From an uncultured Acidobacteriota bacterium (GTDB lineage: Bacteria > Acidobacteriota > Vicinamibacteria > Vicinamibacterales > UBA8438), in contig CAJWLU010000001.1 in NCBI GenBank assembly GCA_913043225.1, positions 64,001-128,000 on the forward strand: a stretch of DNA of 64,000 bases, written 5' to 3'. How positions within the stretch are numbered: position 1 is the first letter of the stretch; each line of letters starts with the position of its first letter. The notes under the pieces are model-generated. The model was not told where the DNA came from. It ran no database searches and saw only the letters and a list, made by a program, of their open reading frames with translations. The position numbers and the translations under genes were made by a program. Positions 56,544 through 64,000 of this stretch are shown here, one piece after another.

Positions 56544-59057
56544 TCAGTTCGTTGGAGATCCGGCCACCGACCGGCTCCTGAACGTCGGGCTCTTGACGAT
56601 ACCGAGAATCAGCGACGACCAGCGGTAGTCATCGGCGGCTGCGGCCCGGACAATTTCCCGGACGGCGGGTCGGTCGTAGTACTCGAGGCGTCGGCCCAAT
56701 GCGTAGGCCAGCAGCTTCTCAGTTACGGTCCGGGGAAACGCCTCAGGATCGGCGAGCAGCAAGGCGCGAAGGCCTGCCAAGCCAGCCACGCTCCCACCGG
56801 CCGCCGTCGTCCCACGCGCATCGACTGGCTGGCCCGCCTCGTCCACCGTGCGCCAGCCGCCAATCGCGTCGAAGTTCTCGAGCGCGAAGCCCAAGGGGTC
56901 GATGACGGCGTGACAGCTGGCACAGGTCGGACTCCGCCGGTGCTGGGCCAGTCGTTCTCTAATCGTCGCCGCGACGAGTCCGGGCTGCTCCTCAAGCGTG
57001 GTATCGACGCCAGGCGGTGGCGGCGGAACGGGCAGCCCGAAGATGTTATCGAGCAGCCACTTCCCTCGCAGGACCGGGGAGGTCCGATCGGGATAGGAGG
57101 TGGTAGCCAGCAGTGCCCCATGCGCCAGCAGCCCACCGCGCCGCGAGCGATCCGGTAGGGAGATGCGGCGGAACCGGGCTCCGTACACACCTGGCAGGCC
57201 GTAGTGCCTGGCCAGCCGCTCGTTCACAAACGTGTAGTTGGCATCGAGCAGCCGCCGGACGCTCTGGTCTTCGACAAGCGTGCTCGCCACAAACCGTTGC
57301 GTCTCTTCCTTGAACGCGGCGAGCAAGGTTTCGTCGTAGTGCGGATACTGACCCGGGTCCACCACGACCTCGCCGACCCGCCGCAGATTCAGCCACTGCG
57401 CGGTGAAGTCGTCTACCAGTGCCGATATCGCCCGTGGCTCTGCGAGTAGACGGCGCGTTTGGGCCTCGATTACGGCAAGATCTGACAATCGGCCCGCCTC
57501 GGCCGCCGCCAGCAGCTCATCGTCCGGGACACTGCTCCACAAGAAGAACGACAGCCGGGACGCCAGTTCGAGGTCGCTCACCTGGAACGTCGAGGTATCG
57601 GCCGACAAACCGTCTGGGTCACGCTCGACGCGCAGCAGGAAGTCTGGGTCGACCAGCATCCGCTCGAGCGCGAACTGGATCCCATGCTCGAACCCGCCGC
57701 CCTCGCGCCGCCCCTCATCGAAGAAGGTCATGAGTACGGAGAGGTCATCCGGCTGCACCGGACGGCGATAGGCACGCCTCGCCAACCGGCTGAGGATCTC
57801 GCGCGCGCAGCCGGCCTCGGCCTCGAAGGCCTCCGGGCGGCAGGAGAAAATGGTCCGCCGGCTCGGGGTGTCAACGTCGACTGACTTCGTCTCGTAGGGC
57901 CCACCGATCTCCACCGCCCCCACAGCGGCATTGCCCATGTAGATCTGGTCGTTCGTCAACACCCGTCCACGTTGCAGCGGTTGCGGAAGCCCCTCTGGCT
58001 CCCACAGCTGGCGCACGAACGACACACCCACCGTCCGTGGGCCCGCCGCCACCGGCACCCTTACCTCAAGACCAGCGTCGCCGGTCAGCTGCATGTAGGT
58101 TTCCCAGTCGGGGTCGCCCGCAAACCCGGGCTCGCCGTCACCCGCATAGCTAGCTGCGGCCGGCGTCCCCGGTGCGGCACCGCCCAGCTCGAACCGCTCG
58201 AGGAGACGGTCGTCCAGTCGCACCTCCAGCTGCTGCGGCCACCCCATGCCCATCAGATAGGCCTGATACTGCCGGCGCAGCTGCACCTTGATGACGTAGT
58301 CGCCATCGACCGGAAAGTTGTAGTCGATGGCCATGCCGCCACGCGACCCGAGTGGAAGAGCTTCGCTCTGGCGCTCGTCCTGCACCACGTGGAGCGGAAT
58401 CTCGAAGGTGTCCACCTCCGCCACAGACGGCACCAGCCCGACGGCCAGGCGGGTGACCTGACGCGCGACCGAGAAATAGCGGTCGAGGTGCGCCCGCGAG
58501 ATCGTGAGCACGTCGGCAAAATTGTCGAAGCTGCCGTCTGCGGTCTCGTCGCCTAGCAGTAACTCGGCAGCGTCGACCTCGAGGTGAAAGAGGTCGCGTA
58601 CCGCATTAGCGTACTCGGTCCGGTTGAGCCGGTGGACCGGGCTCTCACGCCCCGGGTCGGGTGAGGCCAGCCATGCGGTGTCGAGTGACGTCTCCAACCG
58701 ATCGGCGACCAGATCGTAGGTCGCAGCGTCAGGACGAGGGCGGGCCGGGGGTGGCATAGAACCAGCGCGGATTTTGGCCACGACACGCTCCCACAACGCC
58801 GGGTCACCAGCCGGGTTGCTAGAATCGACAGCCGTGGCATCGAGCGACAGTCCCGCAGTGCGGAGCCGGTCGTTGTGGCAAGAGACGCAATAGCGATCGA
58901 GCACGGTACGTAGTTCCGCACCGTGCGCGGCGGAGCTGTCCCTGGAGACCTCCTGCCCTCCGGCCAACCCGACCGCGGCCGGCGCCACAAGGAGCGAGAC
59001 CAGCGCCACCGCGGTCACACGCCGTCCAGGCGACATCCCCCCACCGGGTCGATCCAT
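56544..59057 (-). CDS. DUF1592/DUF1588-type planctomycete cytochrome c (PSD2-5) protein
   Basis: YCVSCH, HRLNRTEY, ELASRLSFFLWSS, TSPVLRGKW, CASCH...DPLGFALENFD. Confidence 0.9.
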   Translation of the reverse strand: MDRPGGGMSPGRRVTAVALVSLLVAPAAVGLAGGQEVSRDSSAAHGAELRTVLDRYCVSCHNDRLRTAGLSLDATAVDSSNPAGDPALWERVVAKIRAGSMPPPARPRPDAATYDLVADRLETSLDTAWLASPDPGRESPVHRLNRTEYANAVRDLFHLEVDAAELLLGDETADGSFDNFADVLTISRAHLDRYFSVARQVTRLAVGLVPSVAEVDTFEIPLHVVQDERQSEALPLGSRGGMAIDYNFPVDGDYVIKVQLRRQYQAYLMGMGWPQQLEVRLDDRLLERFELGGAAPGTPAAASYAGDGEPGFAGDPDWETYMQLTGDAGLEVRVPVAAGPRTVGVSFVRQLWEPEGLPQPLQRGRVLTNDQIYMGNAAVGAVEIGGPYETKSVDVDTPSRRTIFSCRPEAFEAEAGCAREILSRLARRAYRRPVQPDDLSVLMTFFDEGRREGGGFEHGIQFALERMLVDPDFLLRVERDPDGLSADTSTFQVSDLELASRLSFFLWSSVPDDELLAAAEAGRLSDLAVIEAQTRRLLAEPRAISALVDDFTAQWLNLRRVGEVVVDPGQYPHYDETLLAAFKEETQRFVASTLVEDQSVRRLLDANYTFVNERLARHYGLPGVYGARFRRISLPDRSRRGGLLAHGALLATTSYPDRTSPVLRGKWLLDNIFGLPVPPPPPGVDTTLEEQPGLVAATIRERLAQHRRSPTCASCHAVIDPLGFALENFDAIGGWRTVDEAGQPVDARGTTAAGGSVAGLAGLRALLLADPEAFPRTVTEKLLAYALGRRLEYYDRPAVREIVRAAAADDYRWSSLILGIVKSPTFRSRSVAGSPTN

Positions 59058-59388
59058 GTCTGAGGCTGGCTCCTCGTTCCTTCGCGCGCACGGACACCTG
59101 CCCCGAACGCATTGGAACGGCTCAATTGTCGCTGATCGTGGGAGCCGGGTAAAGGCGCGTTGGCTCTGCGCGCCACGACCGGTCTGTGTGATGATCGCGG
59201 GGTAATTCGCCGCTAGTTCTTCATTGACCCCGTCGTCGTTCCCACCGCCACGGCTGCTCCCGGCTACGCCTCCGCCACTCTCCGGGTGCTGCTAGTAGTC
59301 GCTCCGCTCGGCCGCGCCGTCCCATCGTCGACGAACGGCTCGTCTCAGAAGCCGTCAGTCGTACTGCCATCCAGCTTCATCGAATCTG

Positions 59389-60498
59389 CTACCGGGTCGG
59401 GTTGACGACGCCTCCCGTTTCCTCGCCTCGGGCTTCGGCTTCGAGCAGACGAGCACCCTTCATGATCCCCTCGAGGGCGTAGTTGGCCTCGTGGCAGGCG
59501 TACTCGTAGACCTTGGTGTCGCTTGCCGGCCAGATGTACTCGCCGGTCCAGGGCGCGGTCCAGACCGTCGGATCGTTGACCGTGAAGTTGTAGAGCAGTG
59601 TGTCATTGTCGAGCCGGGTGAAGCGCTCGACCACGTGGAGGTTTCGCGAGGCGCCAGAGAGCGCCGGGCTGTCACTGAAGTTCGTGGTATCCACGACGAG
59701 GGTATCGCCTTCCCAGCGTCCGACCGAATCACCCAGCCAGCTGCTGATCTCAGGCGGAGCGTGCTCGTCGTTCATCCGCACGATGCGCGCTTCGTGCACC
59801 ATCTCGACCTGGATCAGAATGGTGTCTTCGGTCTGCACGATCCGCTTTAGGTTGTTGTAGAGCACGGGCAACATCGGCGGCCCCGCCGTCGACCCGAAGC
59901 CGAGCAGGCACCGCTCGGCGGCCGGACGGGTCTCCATGTCGTCGTAGGGACCAGGCGCGTTGAGACTGTCTTCAAGCCACCAGGCGGTCCCGGTGTTCGG
60001 ACGGAAGAAGGCGGCGAGACCAGCGAGGGCCGCCTGCGCTTCGGCGGTCCTGGGCGGCTGCCGGCCGTTGGGCGGGTCGATGATGATCGACGTGCGCCAC
60101 TCGCCGTCGATCTGGAAACCAGTGCTGCCCCGATCCATCCAGAACGTGTTGTAGCCCCCGACGTTGCCTGCGGCGCCGGTCGAGCCGTCTCCGCCTACTG
60201 GCGGCGCCTCACGAGGAGCCGACGCATCTTCGGCGTTGCGCTCGTCGGGGATATTGAACGCGCGCTGGTAGGAATCGGCACCGGCGGAAAGCTCCGCCGC
60301 TTCCTCCTCAGTCAGCGACATCCGGTCACCGAGCTCGGTGGGGCGTTGCAGCGGGGTCAGAGTGGCCACGTCATAGGTCCCCGACAGGTCGGGACGACCG
60401 GACGGCGTCCTCGGGATACTGCTCGACTGGGCCAGGGCCGTCATCGGTGCCGCGATCACGAGCACCAAGAATACGAATCGGGCTACCACGCGCTGCAT
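59389..60498 (-). CDS. Exported hypothetical protein
   Basis: GGAGG SD; signal peptide; RTPSGRPDLSG, GDSVGRWEGDTLVV, YEYACHEAN. Confidence 0.75.
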   Translation of the reverse strand: MQRVVARFVFLVLVIAAPMTALAQSSSIPRTPSGRPDLSGTYDVATLTPLQRPTELGDRMSLTEEEAAELSAGADSYQRAFNIPDERNAEDASAPREAPPVGGDGSTGAAGNVGGYNTFWMDRGSTGFQIDGEWRTSIIIDPPNGRQPPRTAEAQAALAGLAAFFRPNTGTAWWLEDSLNAPGPYDDMETRPAAERCLLGFGSTAGPPMLPVLYNNLKRIVQTEDTILIQVEMVHEARIVRMNDEHAPPEISSWLGDSVGRWEGDTLVVDTTNFSDSPALSGASRNLHVVERFTRLDNDTLLYNFTVNDPTVWTAPWTGEYIWPASDTKVYEYACHEANYALEGIMKGARLLEAEARGEETGGVVNPTR

Positions 60499-60667
60499 AC
60501 CTACCTCCGCAAAGAAAGAGAAGGACGAACCCCGCCCGAGTGTATCCCGGACCTATCGACCGCGTCACGACTACCTATATGCCGCGATGCCGTCGCTCTT
60601 CGTCGCCCGCCTCAGCACGGGGGCACCTTGCCATAGAATTGGAGGCGCATAAGGAGACGTACTCGCC

Positions 60668-61039
60668 ATGACCACCAACTGCACCCGCGCACTGATCGCT
60701 GCCCTAGCCACCGTTGTGGCGACCACCGCCATGGTGTCGGCTCACATGGCCTACTCGAAGAGCCTGCCCGAAAAAGACGCGACCATCAGCGAGTCGCCCA
60801 GCGAGGTGCAGATCTGGTTCACGCAGGATCCGGAGCCAGCCATCAGCCAGCTTAGTCTCGAAGGTTCCTCGGGCGAGATCGCGCTCGGCGACACCGAGGT
60901 CGGTGCCGAGAAGTCGATCGTCGCGTCGGTCCCGACCACGCTCGGTCCAGGCAGCTATACCGTGAAGTGGCGATCAGCTGGCGACGACGGACACGTCCAG
61001 CGGGGCGAGTTCGGCTTCACCATCCGGACCGCGGACTGA
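60668..61039 (+). CDS. copC: Copper resistance protein CopC (canonical Cu(II) site)
   Basis: Signal peptide ending VSA-H (His1); DDGH motif; AAGGAG SD. Confidence 0.88.
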   Translation: MTTNCTRALIAALATVVATTAMVSAHMAYSKSLPEKDATISESPSEVQIWFTQDPEPAISQLSLEGSSGEIALGDTEVGAEKSIVASVPTTLGPGSYTVKWRSAGDDGHVQRGEFGFTIRTAD

Positions 61040-61074
61040 CGCCCCCTCTCAGCGGCCGCGAGTCACCAGCCGGC

Positions 61075-61446
61075 TCAGCGATTCCGGTCGACAGTAAATG
61101 TGACGCTCCCGGTCTGGGTCTTCCCATCGGGACCGACAGCGGTCCAACTCATCTCCCAATCGCCGTTCGGCATCGGCCCGGTCACCCGGCCCATCAGGTC
61201 GTTCTCACCCATCGTGTGAAGCCCCTCGATCTTGGCCCGGTTGCCTGGTCCAGACAGCTCGAGAGTACTCTCGGCCACCACCGGCGCCTTATCGAACCAG
61301 ACGCGCACGGTCCGCACCGGACCGTCGAGCTCGGCTCCGTCTTCTGGCGTGCTCCCCGAGATCTTGATCTGCGCGCTGGCCGGCAGCAGCGCCAACCCGA
61401 CCAGCAGCGCCCCCAGCAACACGATATGAGACAACCTCACCATCAT
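61075..61446 (-). CDS. CopC-like protein lacking the canonical Cu(II) histidines
   Basis: STPEDGA, VWF, W.AVGPDGK..G..TFTV fold motifs; mature N-terminus is Gln; AAGGAG SD. Confidence 0.75.
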   Translation of the reverse strand: MMVRLSHIVLLGALLVGLALLPASAQIKISGSTPEDGAELDGPVRTVRVWFDKAPVVAESTLELSGPGNRAKIEGLHTMGENDLMGRVTGPMPNGDWEMSWTAVGPDGKTQTGSVTFTVDRNR

Positions 61447-61615
61447 CAGCTTCGACTCCTTCGGTTCTTCTACAACGGGGCTGCCTACGCTTCCTGCATG
61501 TGGGAATAGCAGGAGTCGCGGACCGGTTCGTTACGATCAACGGAGAGGGTTCCGCGGGCGTTCTGCATCGGCGAGGCTCCTCCTCTGTCCATTGTCCCAT
61601 ACGGGCCCGGCCGCC

Positions 61616-61645
61616 TTGACCAGCTGCGAATCTCGGCGATACACT
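61616..61645 (+). promoter_or_regulatory. Putative feo promoter TTGACC-N18-TACACT
   Basis: TTGACC 61616-61621 and TACACT 61640-61645. Confidence 0.5.
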
Positions 61646-61658
61646 GGCCGCTCGAAAC

Positions 61659-61673
61659 TGAGATCCAGTCTCA
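61659..61673. promoter_or_regulatory. Putative Fur-type 7-1-7 box
   Basis: TGAGATC-C-AGTCTCA (TGAGA-N5-TCTCA palindrome) between the -10 box and the feoAB start. Confidence 0.55.
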
Positions 61674-61691
61674 ACTCCGACAACCTCCCTG

Positions 61692-64000
61692 GTGCACCAG
61701 GCCCTCCGCACACTCGATCAGCTGCCCCTCGGCGCTACAGCCGTGGTGCACCACGTGGGGTGCGACCGGGTTGTGGCGCGCCGGTTGATGGAGATGGGTC
61801 TGCTGCCCGGAACCGAGATCCAGACCATCAGACGGGCTCCCCTGGGCGACCCGCTCAAGATCCGGCTGCGCGGCTACCTGCTGTCGCTCCGTCTGGCCGA
61901 CGCAGCCCAGATTCAGATCTTACCGGAGGGAGAGCAGGCTTCCGGCCAGGACGACTCGACATCGGATCCGTATCGCTTCGTCGCCCACCCGACGACCGAG
62001 ATGATCGCGCCAGGGATATCCCGGGTGCTGGTGGCCGGTAACGCCAACTCGGGTAAGACTACGATTTTCAACGCCCTGACCGGCGCCCGAGCGCAGGTCA
62101 GCAATTACCCTGGCGTCACGGTGACCCGATCGTCCAGGCAGGTGACGCTGGGAGACTCCGAGGTCGAGATCATCGATCTGCCGGGGACCTACAGCCTCAG
62201 CGCCAACTCGCCAGACGAACAGGTGGCGGTCGACGAGGTCCTCGGGCGACGCGGCACCCCGCCTGACGCCGTCGTGGTCGTGGTCGATGCCGGCGCGATA
62301 GAGCGCGGGCTCTACCTGGTGCTCCAGGTCGCCGAGACCGGCGTGCCGGTTATCGTCGCGCTGAACATGGTCGACGAGGCGGGCGTCGCCGGACTCGAGT
62401 TCGATACCGAGCGTCTGGGGCGATGGCTGGGCGCGACCGTGGTTCCGACGGTTGCCTCCCAGCGAAAAGGCCTCGACCGGCTCCAGACCGCCATCGCCGA
62501 CATGCTCGCGCTCGCACCGAGGCCGAACGCGCACTGGACCGGTCTTCCGGACCACCTCGAGGCGGAGGTCGCGGCGGTCAGCGAGAGCTTGCAGACAGCG
62601 AAATTCGGTGCCACGCCGGCGGCCCGCCGCTCCTGGGCGTTATGGTCGTTGCTCTCGCTCGATGGAAGCGACGAGGACGAGACCGGCATCCCGGAATCGG
62701 TACGGTCGACGGTCACCTCGATCCGGCAAGACGCCAAGGCTGCCGACCGCAACCTCGACCAAGAAATCATCGCCTCGCGCTACCAGTGGATCGAGACGGT
62801 CGCCTCGGACGTCCGCTCGCAGCCACGGGAAGACCAGCGCAAGTGGACCGACAGGATCGACGGCATCCTGACCCACCGGGTCTACGGGATGGCGGTGTTT
62901 GCGGTGCTAATGGCGGTACTGTTCGAGGTACTGTTCACCTGGTCGGAACCGTTCATTGGTACCATCGAAGGAGCCACGGCATGGCTACAGGGTCTGGTCG
63001 TGCAGGTGTTCCCCGAGGGGATGCTGACGGACCTGCTGATTGACGGCGTCATCGCCGGCGTTGGCAACGTCGTGGTGTTCGTCCCGCAGATAGCGATGCT
63101 GTTCTTTGCGATCGCACTGCTCGAAGATTTGGGCTACCTCGCCCGGGTGGCGTTCGTGATCGACCGGCTGATGGGCCGGGTCGGCCTGCACGGTAAGGCG
63201 TTCGTGCCGATGCTGTCAGGCTTTGCCTGCGCTATTCCGGCCGTCATGGCGACCCGCACCATCGAGAGTCGCCGCGACCGACTGATCACCATGCTGACGC
63301 TGCCGATGGTGTCCTGCAGCGCCCGGCTCCCGGTCTACGCGCTGGTCACGGCCGTGATCTTCGCCGCCGACGAGCGGGTGTTCGGCGTACTGAGCATGGG
63401 CGCAATGGTGCTCTTCGCCATGTACGCACTGTCGGTCGTGGCCACGCTGGGCGCCGCGGCCGTGCTCAGACGGACGGTCCTGGCCGGACCGCGGCTACCG
63501 TTGCTCCTCGAGCTGCCGCCCTATCGGATACCGGTGTGGCGCAGTGTCTTCCTCGCCACCTGGCGCCGGGTCCGCAAGTTCCTTGAGGATGCGGGCACCA
63601 TCATCCTCACGATGACCATCATTCTGTGGGCGCTGCTATCGTTCCCACGGAGCGGCGAGATCGACACCCGTTTCGAGCAGGCGCGCGCCGACGTGCTGGC
63701 AACAACCTCTGCGCCCCAGCAGGAGGAGGCGCTCGCGGAGCTCGACGGACAACTGGCCGGAGAACAGCTCCGCTACAGCGCGGGCGGCCGGGTGGGCCAG
63801 TTCATCGAGCCGGTGCTCGAACCGCTCGGCTTCGACTGGCGTATCGGCGTCGGGATTCTGGGAGCATTCGCGGCCCGGGAGGTCTTCGTCTCGACGCTGG
63901 GGATCGTCTTCGGCATCGAGGAAGCCGACGAGAGCAGCGTCAGCCTAAGGAGCTCGCTCCAGAACGCGACCCGGGCCGACGGCTCACCGCTGATGACGCC
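61692..64000 (+). CDS. feoB: FeoA-FeoB fusion ferrous iron transporter (cut by window end; absent from the ORF track)
   Basis: Manual translation from GTG 61692: RRLMEMGLLPG...APLGDP (FeoA), linker, GNANSGKT, NYPGVTV, DLPG, NMVD, LEDLGYLAR, GFACAIP, SCSARLP, all in one frame. Confidence 0.92.
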   Translation, partial: MHQALRTLDQLPLGATAVVHHVGCDRVVARRLMEMGLLPGTEIQTIRRAPLGDPLKIRLRGYLLSLRLADAAQIQILPEGEQASGQDDSTSDPYRFVAHPTTEMIAPGISRVLVAGNANSGKTTIFNALTGARAQVSNYPGVTVTRSSRQVTLGDSEVEIIDLPGTYSLSANSPDEQVAVDEVLGRRGTPPDAVVVVVDAGAIERGLYLVLQVAETGVPVIVALNMVDEAGVAGLEFDTERLGRWLGATVVPTVASQRKGLDRLQTAIADMLALAPRPNAHWTGLPDHLEAEVAAVSESLQTAKFGATPAARRSWALWSLLSLDGSDEDETGIPESVRSTVTSIRQDAKAADRNLDQEIIASRYQWIETVASDVRSQPREDQRKWTDRIDGILTHRVYGMAVFAVLMAVLFEVLFTWSEPFIGTIEGATAWLQGLVVQVFPEGMLTDLLIDGVIAGVGNVVVFVPQIAMLFFAIALLEDLGYLARVAFVIDRLMGRVGLHGKAFVPMLSGFACAIPAVMATRTIESRRDRLITMLTLPMVSCSARLPVYALVTAVIFAADERVFGVLSMGAMVLFAMYALSVVATLGAAAVLRRTVLAGPRLPLLLELPPYRIPVWRSVFLATWRRVRKFLEDAGTIILTMTIILWALLSFPRSGEIDTRFEQARADVLATTSAPQQEEALAELDGQLAGEQLRYSAGGRVGQFIEPVLEPLGFDWRIGVGILGAFAAREVFVSTLGIVFGIEEADESSVSLRSSLQNATRADGSPLMT

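Noticed and set aside
59058..59388. Hairpins in the 330-bp gap as an ncRNA
   Set aside because: Short GC stems are expected by chance; no family signature or U-tract
61585..61615. Minus-strand GCCGGGC...UGGGACA resembling a NiCo/czcD riboswitch
   Set aside because: Only 5 nt separate the two motifs, leaving no room for P3/P4, and the 5' conserved segment is missing
61592..63043. Track ORFs 61592-62041 and 62423-63043
   Set aside because: Out-of-frame overlaps of the feoA-feoB reading frame
1..64000. CRISPR arrays, tRNA/rRNA, transposases, integrases, prophage or defence systems
   Set aside because: None seen by eye; PLD and EVE occur in metabolic or housekeeping context without nuclease or helicase partners. 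A dedicated scan was not possible

Overview
GC-rich bacterial chromosomal window, densely coding (about 43 genes). No rRNA, tRNA, CRISPR array or mobile element was recognised. The gene mix (several PQQ dehydrogenases, DUF5916, PSD1/DUF1501, DUF1592/DUF1552, secreted ankyrin proteins) suggests Acidobacteriota, Vicinamibacteria-like (inference). Left to right: DASS transporter; tandem OsmC protein; pcaHGBD; secreted alpha/beta hydrolase; a PQQ-like beta-propeller gene divergent from a CarH-type B12 photoreceptor, followed by methyltransferase-folB-pteridine reductase-PLD-CYTH; a periplasmic oxidation region; ybhB-gluconate-2-dehydrogenase-like pair-double creatininase-rlmKL-EVE; a minus-strand run containing a cytochrome c-fused PHM-type copper monooxygenase, acyl-CoA ligase, PAL-like NHL protein, E1/E2 and a serine hydrolase; an IcmA-type mutase with acyl-CoA dehydrogenase; a DUF1592/DUF1552/ankyrin cluster; two convergent copC genes; and a feoA-feoB fusion cut by the window end. 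Best candidates for undescribed systems: (1) a split bacterial PAM-like (PHM+PAL) module in a catabolic-looking operon; (2) a CarH locus whose operator-like 11-bp repeats cover the -35 box of a beta-propeller gene and which precedes a possible new pterin-processing operon. All calls come from motif recognition by eye; no searches were run.
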